A model generated the notes under the pieces. It was not told the DNA's origin. It saw only the letters and a list, made by a program, of their open reading frames with translations, and searched no databases. Both the position numbers and the translations under genes were made by a program. Positions 38,936 through 49,860 of a stretch of 64,000 nt of DNA are shown in pieces. Numbering within the stretch: the first letter of the stretch is position 1; the number at the start of each line of letters is the position of its first letter. This stretch comes from Mobula hypostoma. Lineage: Eukaryota. The DNA lies in the NCBI RefSeq assembly GCF_963921235.1, contig NC_086106.1, positions 24,676,001-24,740,000 on the forward strand. Direction: 5' to 3'.

Positions 38936-40585
38936 ATTTTAACTTAACTGAACTATTGCAAAGAATCAGGACCATTATGCAATTAAACACATTAAAAGTT
39001 AATTTGTTGTTCCTCCAGATAGATGTGATAGCTCGATATGCTAATGCTACACTTAAATGAATCAATCAATAAGTTTCTGAGAATTCCTTCCTGTTTGTCA
39101 TGTAAATTTCTCAGTTGTGCTCACTCAGTAGTCAAACAAAAATATCGAAAGTAATTTTGGTTTACAGTTGGCAGAGCACGTGTGTGAGGAAGATGCAAAT
39201 TGTAGACCTGAGCTGGGCACAGTTCCTCACAGCTAGTTTGGAAAGCGTTAAATGATTGTATTCAGTTTCAAAGACTGCCACATTTGTAAATACTTCCTAG
39301 TATTGAAAAAAAGAAAGAGTCTCAGTTTACTGCTTGTTTCGTGGACTTACTTGGAATGTGCCAGCTCTATAAGGTTATTAAGTTATTCACTCACACGAAT
39401 GTTTGTCAGTATACAGAGAATGAGTCTGAAATGTTGACTATTATGTAAAGAGACTTTGGAACACAAAACTACTGGAACCAACAGAAACAAGTTTCTTCTT
39501 ATTTCTTAAAAAAATTCAGAGCTTCCTGGCCTGTTCCGCTCAACATATATAACTTCATTAGTACCGATTTATCTGTTTGAATTTACACAGGATGAACGCA
39601 CAACATAAATTGCATGATCAAATTACTAAGAAAAGTTCGGTAAAGGTCCATACTGTGTAAAAGAGTGGTGCAGAAACGGACCGGCTCAAGCAAATGTTTA
39701 CAAGTGTTGAAGTAAAAATAGAAATGTATTCATTAAACAGGTTGCTTGTTAATTCCACGTTTTAAAAAATCGCAGTAACTGTCAACCGCAACAGAGGAAA
39801 ATTCGTCTCAAAGCCAACAACAACTGAAATATGTATTATTCCTTATTTGGGGATCATTTCGCTTGTATTGATTCACTTGAATATGTATTACCGCCAGGGT
39901 ATTCAGCATTAGCAGGGTACCCTGTTGTGTAACTGCAATATGGTCATGATTAACGCCATTTTGATTTGCTGTATAGCAGTTTGCTCTATAGTGTAAGTGT
40001 AAGCTTTGTGGTTTACAGCCTAAATATCACCTATGCAAAAGACTAAGGTACAAAGCTGCAGCAGCCCGCCACAAAAGGTGTTGCAGGAACAGATTTGCTT
40101 TATTCAACAACGAAACTTACTCCACCGGCATCAAATGGAAATGAACTGGTCGAATGCGTGAACGATCGTTAGCTAAGAAAGTTATGCTTTCGAAACCCAA
40201 TGAAGACCAAGCCTTCATCCCGTTGTTGTGCAGAGGAATCCTATAGTGGGGGAAATATTCCGATGCCGTGGGAAGCTACTGTGTTAGCGATTACCAGGAA
40301 ATCCGTTACAAAGGTGTAAAATAAATGGTGAGTGATTGATGAGGGGAGGCTACACCAGATTGGGGAAGATTTCACTGGCCACAAGTTTCATAAGGAAGAG
40401 GTTAAACAGCTATAAAGTAGCCTACTAGTTAGCACAAATATGTACTGTTCCTATGACCCCTATTCAATTCGCGCCACTGTTTGCAAAGTCATTGTGCTTC
40501 TTTCCTGGAAAGACTGGAAGGATTTTCTAGGCTGATTGATTATTGCAAGTTATAGCGTGATTACGCTAGGATTTGTGGGCACGTG

Positions 40586-40890
40586 GCCAATAGTTAAGGC
40601 ATTGGACAAGAAACCTGAAGGTCGTGAGTACGAGCCCCAGTTAAGGGAATGTGTTGTGTCCTTCAACAAAGCACTTAATCACATATTGCTCTGCAACGAC
40701 ACAGGTGCCAAGCTGTATGGGTCCAAATGTCCTCCCATTGAACAGCACTGCTGTCGTGGAGAGGGGACACTTGCAGCACGGACAATTGCTGGTCTTCCGT
40801 ACAACCTTGCCTAGGCCTGCGCCCTGGCGAATGAAGACGTTCCAGGCGCAGATCCATGGTCTCACAAGAGTAACGGATGCCTTACGCTAG
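40586..40890 (+). mobile_element. tRNA-derived SINE, copy 1
   Basis: A-box-like GTGGCCAATAG, B-box-like AGTACGAGCCC, body shared with 41876-42200. Confidence 0.75.
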
Positions 40891-41875
40891 GATTAAATAA
40901 AGATATTGCCGGACTGCGTATCTCGAGGTGCGGAAAGGGGAAATTCTTCGCTGATCTCAAGAAATAAATAAGAAATCAAATAAACAAAGAAACACATAAG
41001 TTAATAAAAAATAATCGGCATGCCCAGTAAATCAATATGTTCGGTGTGAAGTCGAGATGAATTTGGATTTTTAAATAATTTATTCCACGCTTATAGATGA
41101 CAGGTAAATTAAGTTAAATGCCTACACTCTTCGGATTTTTGCAGAACCGATGAAACCGTTTACAATGCATGCCACCATCTCCTTCAGAACTGCATCTATA
41201 AACTACTCCGTTTCGTGTGAAAGATGAAACTGAAATTCACTGTAACGATAATATGGTTTATGTTCCATTTATTTGCCACATTTGAATTCATTTCTCACTG
41301 TGTTCACAGTGAAGTTGCAGGAGGGAAATTTTATTCTGAAGCAGAAATACCTTAGTAGCGAAATTTAGTGTTACACTCGTGGCAGACTAAGTCAGCACAT
41401 CATAACTCTGTTAACAGCAGGAAAAGTCAGAGTTTGCGATAGGTTTTCAATTTCAAATATCCTTTTTGTTTGAAAATTCTGTAGTTTTGTACGTCTTGAA
41501 TTTTGAGCAGCGATTTCATAATATTAGCAGAGGGATGCAATGAGAGCATTGCCTTCTGAAAGATCATTTTGAAAATTGTAGTAATGGACCACAAAATACC
41601 AGATGCACGATAATATTCGGAGGGTCTGTGATGCTCCAAAGGGTACAATTGTTTGAACAGTAAAGCTCGCCTGACTGGAAGTGTGAGTAACTGTTCTTAC
41701 ATAGTCTCACCCTCCAACAGTCGTTCAGTCAATTTTAAATTGTCATCATTGGATGCAGTAACTACTGAATTGTTTTACGTGCGATTCTACAGAACTATCT
41801 ATCTGTTCCTCTGTGCCATAATTTGGTTATTTTGTTTTTTTTTTAATTCTATTGATTTAGTTACCATTAATTTAT

Positions 41876-42200
41876 GTGGGCAAGTGGTTAAGGCGTACGT
41901 CAAGTGATCTGAAGGTCGCTAGACGAGCCTTGGCTGAGGCAGCGTGCTGTGTCCTTGAGTAAGGCACTTAACCACACATTTCTCTGTGACAACATGTCTA
42001 CCAAGCTGTATGGGCCCTAATGCCCTGCCCTTGGACAACACTGGCTTCTTAATGCCGTTTCCTTGCACAACATAGTTGGTGTGGAGATTGGAGACTTGCA
42101 GTATGGGCATCTGCCAGTCTTCCATACAACCTTGCCGAGGCCTGCGACCTGGAAACCTACCAAGGCGCAAATCCCTGGTCTCACCATTCTAACGATGACT
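41876..42200 (+). mobile_element. tRNA-derived SINE, copy 2
   Basis: GGCAAGTGGTTAAGGCG head; GTGTCCTTGAGTAAGGCACTTAACC body; same family as 40586-40890. Confidence 0.75.
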
Positions 42201-42412
42201 ATATATAGATAGAGGTATTTACATATTTATGTTACTTATTCAGTAAGTGAGTGGCTTATTAATTAATTATGTGATAAGTATTTAGATATGTATTATTTAT
42301 TGAAACGTCCAGGTACCTTTGATTATAAAACCATAAAATGTAGACCACAATTTATAATTCATAAATGCTCCCTTGTGGACGTCTAGAGAAAAAAAGAACA
42401 ACAACAACAAGT

Positions 42413-45111
42413 AAACAACAGGAATTCTGCAGATGCTGGAAATTCAAGCAACACACATCAAAGGTGCTGGTGAACGCAGCAGGCCAGGCAGCATCTCTAG
42501 GAAGAGGTGCAGACGACGTTTCAGGCCGAGACCCTTCGTCAGGACTAACTGAAGGAAGAGTGAGTAAGAGATTTGAAAGTTGGAGGGGGAGGGGGAGATC
42601 CGAAATGATAGGAAAAGACAGGAGGCGGAGGGATGGAGCCAAGAGCTTGACAGATGATTGACAAAAGGGATACGAGAGGATCATGGGACAGGAGGTCCGG
42701 GAAAAAAGACAAGGGGGAGGGTGAACCCAGAGGATGGGCAAGGGGTAAATTCAGAGGGACAGAGGGAGAAAAAGGAGGGTGAGAGAAAGAATGTGTGTAT
42801 AAAAATAAGTAACAGATGGGGTACGAGGGGGGTGTTTGGCACTAGCGGAAGTTAGAGAAGTCGATGTTCATGCCATCAGGTTGGAGGCTACCCAGACAGA
42901 ATATAAGGTGTTGTTTCTCCAACCTGAGTGTGGCTTCATCTTTACAGTAGAGGAGGCCGTGGCTAGAAATGTCAGAATGGGAATGGGATGTGGAATTAAA
43001 ATGTGTGGCCACTGGGAGATCCTGCTTTCAATGGCGGACGGAGCGTATGTATTCAGCAAAACGGCCTCCCAGTCTGCGTCGGGTCTCGCCAATATATAAA
43101 AGGGCACATCGGGAGCATCAGACGCAGTATATCACCCCAGCCGACTCACAGGTGAAGTGTCGCCTCACCTGGAATGACTGTCCGGGGCCCTGAATGGTGG
43201 TAAGGGAGGAAGTGCAACGGCATGTGCAGCACTTGTTCCTCTTACACGCATAAGTGCCAGGAGGGAGATCAGTGGGGAGGGAAGGGCGGGGGGACGACTA
43301 ATGGACAAGGAAGTCGCGTAGGGAGCGATCCCTGCGGAAAGCGGGGGAGGGGGGGGAGGGAAAGATGTGCTTAGTGGTGGGATCCCGTAGGAGGTGGCGG
43401 ATGTTACGGAGAATAATATGTTGGACCCGGAGGCTGGTGGGGTGGTAGGTGAGGACCAGGGGAATCCTATTGCTAGTGGGGTGGTGGGAGTATGGAGTGA
43501 GAGCAGATGTTCGTGAAATGGGGGGGGGGGGAGACGCGTTTAAGTGCAGAGTTGATAGTGGAGGAAGGGAGGCCCCTTTCTTTAAAAAAAGAGGACATCT
43601 CCCTCGTCCTAGAATGAAAAGCCTCATCCCCAGAGCAGATGCGGCGGAGACGGAGGAATTGCGAGAAGGGGATGGCGTTTTTGCAGGAGACAGGGTGAGA
43701 AGAGGAATAGTTCAGATAGCTGTAAGAGTCAATAGGCTTATAGTAGACATCAGTTGATAAGCTGTCTCCAGAGACAGAGACAGAAAGATCTAGAAAGGGG
43801 AGGGAAGTGTCCGAAATGGACCAGGTAAACTTGAGGGCAGGGTGAAAGTTGGAGGCAAAGTTAATAAAGTCAACGAGCTCTGCAGCGTCCAGGAAGCAGC
43901 GCCAATGCAGTCGTCGATGTAGCGAAGGATGAGTGGGGGACAGATACCAGAATAGGCACGGAACATAGATTGTTCCACAAAGCCAACAGAAAGGCAGGCA
44001 TAGCTAGGACCCATACGGGTGCCCATGGCTACACCTTTAGTTTGGAGGAAGTGGGAGGAGCCAAAGGAGAAATTATTAAGAGTAAGGACTAATTCCACTA
44101 GACGGAACAGAGTTGTGGTAGAGGGGAATTGATTAGGTCTGGAATCCAAAAAAGAAGCGTAGAGCTTTGAGACCTTCCTGATGGGGAATGGAAGTATATA
44201 GGGACTGGACATCCATGGTGAAAATAAAGCGGTGGGAAACAGGGAACTTAAAGTCATCGATAAGTTTAAGAGAGTGAGAAGTGTCACGAACATAGGTAAG
44301 AAGGGATAGAACAAGGGGGGATAAAACGGTGTCGAGGTATGCAAAAACGTGTTCGGTGGGGCAGGAGCAAGCTGAGACAATAGGTCGGCCAGGACAGGCA
44401 GGTTTGTGGATCTTGGTTAGGAGGCAGAAACGGGAATTGCGAGGTGTGGGAACTATAAGGTTGGTCGCAGTGGATGGGAGATCCCCTGAGCGGATAAAGT
44501 TGGTGAAGGTGTGGGAGATAATGGCCTGGTGCTCCTTAGTGGGGTCACGATCGAGGGGTAAATAAGAGGAGGTATCCGCGAGTTGTCGCTGTGCCCCGGC
44601 AAGGTAGAGGTCAGTACGCCAGACTGCAACTACACCCCACTTATCGGCGGTTTAATAATAAGGTTAGGATTAGCGCGGAGAGAGTGGAGAGCAGAGCGTT
44701 CCGAAGGAGTGAGGTTGGAATGGGGACAAGGTGCGGTGAAGTCGAGACGGTTGATGTCCGGTCGGCAGTTAGCGATAAAGAGATCCAGAGCAGGCAGAAG
44801 ACCAGAGCGGGGAGTCCTTGAAGAAGAGGAGGGTTGAAATCGGGAGAAGGGGTCATCGGTGGGGGTGGAAGAGTCCTTGCCGAAGAAGTAGGCTCGGAGA
44901 TGGAGACGGCGGAAGAAGAGTTCCGCATCATGGCGAATGCGGAACTCGCTGAGGTGTGGGCGAAGGGGGGCAAAGGTGAGGCCCTTACTGAGGACAGAGC
45001 GCTCTGCCTCCGACAGTTGAAGGTCGGAGGGGATGATATAGACCCGGCATGTATGAGAGCTGCGATCAGAGGGGGTAGGGGGAGGCTGGGGGTGTCAATG
45101 GAGAGGGGAGG
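42413..45111 (-). mobile_element. Penelope copy 3 (longest, includes N-terminal LSKGLTF region), 13-bp TSD
   Basis: AACAACAACAAGT at 42400-42412 and 45112-45124; RT and GIY-YIG with stops and frameshifts. Confidence 0.92.
42511..42546 (-). ncRNA. Hammerhead motif (stem I mismatch)
   Basis: Minus strand: AGTC CTGACGA AGG gtctcgg CCT GAAA CGTC GTCT. Confidence 0.72.
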
Positions 45112-46950
45112 AACAACAACAAGTTCTACTTTGTAGATCGAAGCCGCATGATTGCCATAACAGTTTGCTCAGAATTTAACTTGAAGACATTTTCCAGCTG
45201 GTCGATAAATTTTGCAATAAAAAAAACACAGGAAGAGCAGAGGAAGAAATGTAAATGTAAATGAAATAATTCATTCTAAACCGTGGAAAAAAATAATCAC
45301 TTCCAGATTGAATTGAATTCGATATGAGATTTCTTATTTCATTTGTAACTCTGCCATTTACTGATACAGACTTCCCACCCACCCCCACCGCCGCTTGTTC
45401 TTTGTCATCGTTAAAAACAGATGAAGGATGACTGGCACTCTTTAACCTTATCCAAATATTAATCATTTTTTCCTGATTTTGTGGGTTCTTGAGATAGAAT
45501 AATTCGTCAAAACAGAAAATTAAATAGTCGCATGGCACACAGGTATTTCCTTCATAAGTTCTTTATTTCTCATTTTCTAGATCTGTCTGAGTATATTCCC
45601 TGCCTTGAGAGGACATATGACACCCGCGTAGTAAAATTGGGCCAACATTATCCTTCGTTATAGGAGCGAAAACAACAAATATTACTAACAACACATTCTT
45701 ACAAGGCCTTCGAATATTAGATTAAGTTCGGTATATTAGCTAATCCTGTGTTTATTCTGCAGGGATCTTTAACAATTATTTTTAATACTCGGGACTCCGT
45801 TGCACTCTGGTCACTCACTCTGCATATTACACTGGTTTGTCAGAGATTGGAACAGATTATCAGGTATATGAAGAATAGCATGAAGTCTTTTTCGCACTGC
45901 ACAGATGCTGTCTTATCTTGTGGATGTTTGTTTCGCCTTCTCTTTCATTTGTGAAATTGCATACCCGGTATGTCGTTTTAGTCACAGGTTTACATTAGCG
46001 AGTACAGCGCTACGATCTTTATACGTGTTGTATTAACCGTGACCATGAAGTGCCCTGGAACGTGATCCTATATACTGATTAACAATCTCTTTCCATATTA
46101 CAGCAAAAACTGAAATTGGCTCTTGCGTCCGCTTTCACAGTAGTGTCTGATAAAGTCCATGATATTTACTGAGCATTTAATGCCGTTCACAACTTTCACA
46201 TAGGCAGCTGCAGAAGTAACGAAAGGACGTAGACATAAAACTGTTTCATACTTTACCAGGTGCCGATGCATTAGACTGAGTTACTGAACAAATTACTCTT
46301 ATTCCCACGATAGGAAGTGCAATATGTGTAATGTGAAACTAAAGTAACGTGCAACATCACATATTAGAATGAATAAATAAGCTAGTGGCAATCACTCTCA
46401 GATATATCATATCGTCACCTAATATGACCTAATTTCTTTATATTACATATGGTCATTTGTGTTAAAACCCACTGGACTGGTTCCAATAACGTTCAGAGAC
46501 TCTGTTCCCAGCTTAGCTCTCCATGTTCGTTTCATACTGTATGCAGTAGTTTGGAATGCATAAATGCATGCAGTAGTTGTGAGAACATTCATCCCTGTTC
46601 GCTCAATTTCATCTCCGTACGGAATGACTACGCGGTGTTTATCAGATACCTCAGAAAATAGGTGCGCAACAAACTCATTTAAATTAGGCTGGATATTTGC
46701 TGATTAATCTCAATATTCTGGGAAAGGAGACATTGTTTTAGATTTTGTTAGATATATTTAGGTAAATGCATCGATCCTTTGTATCCATCATTTTGATCAA
46801 CGGGTGTTTTCAGACCCGGTTTACGAGAGAAAAGTGCTTGATCAAATGCGAGAGTTTTGTTTGTCTGTAGTCAATGAGGTAAATTGCTCATTTGCATTTC
46901 AGATGGCAATTATAAAAGACGATATAGAGAACGAATAAGTTAAGATTTGA

Positions 46951-46963
46951 TGCCACCTGGTGG
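46951..46963 (-). promoter_or_regulatory. CTCF-like core motif upstream of V4
   Basis: Minus strand CCACCAGGTGGCA matches CCASYAGRKGGCR; binding not shown. Confidence 0.65.
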
Positions 46964-47442
46964 AATATAGCTTATTTGTTCCTGGCGATGTTACACGAAA
47001 CTCAGTGTCTCCTTCATATCGTAACAGCCCATGCACAATCAATCACCACTTCCAGCCGCGAAATTAATTGTTAAGTTATTCAGAGGAAAGCTACTTTCCT
47101 AGACTGCATATGAACAAATCAAAATATCGTGTTCCGTGCTATTTGCTCATTTCTGCTTTTAAGATAAATTCTGTCGTCTCCATGTTCTGCCGGAAATCCA
47201 CTTCATGGAACAGTAAAAGATTGCTATTTTATCCTTTGCTGCAGTCAGGCTTCATTACCCTCCGATCTATTCTGCTCGACCATCTGCCTCGTCGAGGAAT
47301 CGCAATTTCTTGACAGTCTGCTCAACAAGAATTGCTGGCTGCCCCGCATTCTTCGGCTTTGAGCGGCGCTGCACTGTTGACGTCAGCTCACAAGGGATTT
47401 GATATGTTTGTTCTGCGCGTCTGCCATCGCCCCGCACAATTT

Positions 47443-47608
47443 CATTTCCTGCATTGCGTCTGAACGCCTCTTTTTATTGTGTTTTAGAGACTCAACTCCG
47501 TGCGTTGCCTGTTGTGATTGGTCGCTATGGCCAAGGTATGTGTTTTTATTCTCTGGCAATGAATCTCCACTCTGTGGTCACAAGAGTACAGACTCAAACA
47601 GAGCGAAT
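47443..47608 (+). promoter_or_regulatory. Putative V4 proximal promoter
   Basis: ETS-like CATTTCCTG (47443), inverted CCAAT GATTGGT (47516), RUNX TGTGGT (47573); same order upstream of V1 and V2, partly in V5 and V6; no TATA. Confidence 0.5.
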
Positions 47609-48083
47609 ATGAAGAACTGTCTCACTCTGCTCCTCATTATTGCGTTTCTTCTGGGTAAGATGTTCCTTCACTGTAATATTCCACAGATGCCTCATTCCCC
47701 GTAAACACGTTTTATTTACTATTTACGTAACCATATTGTTCGAAGTAGAGCTTATTGTCTATGATTTATTTTACTGTTAGACTGGAGCCTTCAAGACTCA
47801 GTGGAACAGTCAGTGGATGCAATTACGATCGAAGAAGAAAGTAATGTTACACTAAACTGCACTTTACAAACAAGTGGTGCAATCCCGTATGGTTTCTGGT
47901 ACAGGCAGCGCCCCGGGCAGCGACCAGAGTATTTGTTTCGGATCATCGCAGGGAAAGTAGAACGAAATAAAGATGTGACCGACCGATTAAATGTTTCCTA
48001 TGATAGCAGTAAAAAGTATACCGAACTCTCGATTAAGAACGCCACAATCACTGACTCGGCCACGTACCTCTGCGCGATGAGCA
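47609..48083 (+). CDS. Intact TCR alpha/delta-type (TRAV/TRDV-like) V gene segment V4: leader 47609-47654, V exon 47781-48083
   Basis: MKNCLTLLLIIAFLL|DWSLQDSVEQSVDAITIEEESNVTLNCTLQTSGAIPYGFWYRQRPGQRPEYLFRIIAGKVERNKDVTDRLNVSYDSSKKYTELSIKNATITDSATYLCAMS; both Cys and the Trp present; GT/AG intact. Alpha versus delta cannot be decided from V alone. Confidence 0.93.
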
Positions 48084-48122
48084 CACAGTGCTGTAAAAAC
48101 TCAACTATCTCGAACAAAAACC
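48084..48122 (+). other. Consensus 23-RSS of V4
   Basis: CACAGTG, 23 nt, ACAAAAACC. Confidence 0.96.
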
Positions 48123-48146
48123 CACTTTCACAGTTTCCTCGAGTTA

Positions 48147-48159
48147 TCGATAGGGGGCG
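48147..48159 (+). promoter_or_regulatory. CTCF-like motif 24 nt 3' of the V4 nonamer
   Basis: TCGATAGGGGGCG; equivalent motif after every RSS in the window. Confidence 0.55.
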
Positions 48160-48249
48160 GACAAACCAAGGGGAACACAAATGCCTCTTTAACCATGTGA
48201 GCAATTGCTTTCGCATAGTTATTGTTGCGGAATTTCTCTGTCAGTATGG

Positions 48250-49860
48250 TTAAAATGAGAAAACAAAAAACACTCCAGATATTTCTGATACCATAGATTT
48301 TATTTTTAATTCAAAATCGCATGCATTCTAGCCGATGATGATGGGCAAACCCAGTACAGCCCGAAGACCATACCTTGCATTGCCAGTTTTGCAAAATCAG
48401 AGCATTCCTTTTTGATCATTGTGGTTTGGGTGTCATTTATCAAAAACTGTAGAAAACGTGCTGTGGGGCGTGGCAAAAGCATACGCTGCTGACGGAACAC
48501 AGGGAAGAAGAAGTCGATCTCGTTTTATTCGTTTATTTCTGAGTCTGTACCTCAGAAAATAGGTGCGTGAGTAATTCATGTAAATTAGGCAGGAATTACG
48601 TCGATTATTCTCAGAATTGTGGGAAAAGGAGATATTGTTATTCCATCCTGAAATATATATCTGCGTATATCTATCGATCCTTAATGTACATCTGATTGAT
48701 GTTGAACAACTTGATCATTGGGAATTTTCAAATCAGATTTATCAGAAAAAAGAGCACTTCATAAGCTGCGAAAGATTTGTCTGTCATCCGTAACAGAGAT
48801 ATATTCCTCATTTTTGGTTCACATGACAATTATAACAGAGAGAAACGTTTGGAACACCCAACCGGCCTGGAAACTTCTGCGAAAATCGATGAATGAGCAG
48901 TCCCAGTAAACGGATTACTTATGCTTTGCTGCCATCTGGTGGAATATATCATCTTGATTTCGGGCGAAGCTGCATGAAACTCAGGAAGTTCTTCACGTCC
49001 CATCATTCTATAAACAAGCAATCACAACGCCCATCCGCCGAATTAATTGGTAAGTTATTCAGCGAAAAGCTACTTGTATAGGCTGCATGTGAACAAGTCA
49101 AAATACCCCGTGCATTGCTGCTTGCTCATTTCTGCTTTTCAGATCAACTCCCGATCGCTACGTTCTGCCAGAAATCAACGTCAGTCAAGAGTAAAGACTG
49201 TTGTTTCATCTTATGCTGCAAACACGCTTCGCTAGCCTGCCATTTATTCTGCTCGCACCATCTGCCTCGTTGAGCAAGTGCAATTTATTGACGATCTTCT
49301 CCAAAAATGTGACGTCTTCCCCGCATCACTTCACCTTTGAGTGGCGCTTTCACAGATTGCTCGGGAGCTCGATAGAGGGCGATCAAATCAAACCGAACGT
49401 AAAAGCCAACTGAAGTCCAGAGGCTTCGTCCAATATTTCTCTCCCCAGAGAAGTATTGGCTTGACATTTAGAGTGGATGTTTTCTCCTTGAATGGCTGTA
49501 ACTGTGATCAAAACCATTAATCTTCAATGATTCCTCTGTGTTACCTAATTTCTCGAAATATTCCCTTTTCGCATCTGAAGCTTCCACCATCATCATTACG
49601 GATACAATAATCATTTTAAGGGTTATTTTAACAGAGAAAGTGATTAAATTTTGAGACAAAAATAGCACATGTAGCAAGTAACATATTTCAAAGCGCTGAA
49701 GAAGGTTTCATGTGGCTTTTGATTTCAGTCAGAGATTAAATCACAATTTGGTGAATTGTTGTGCTGTATGTCGTTGATTTTTATTAACGCACACGTGCTT
49801 CCGTATTTAAACGTCAGCGTCAGATTGTTTCAGACATAAGCAAATAAAATACAGATCATT
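48250..49860 (+). other. V-less cassette: upstream flank fused directly to post-RSS flank at ~49347
   Basis: CACCTTTGAGTGGCGCT (normally ~240 nt 5' of the ATG) runs into TTCACAGATTGCTCGGGAGCTCGATAGAGGGCG (normally just 3' of the nonamer). Confidence 0.88.

Noticed and set aside
49340-49360. RAG-mediated germline excision as the cause of the V-less cassette
   Set aside because: Breakpoints are not at the heptamer edge, the whole RSS is lost, and the junction shows CT microhomology.
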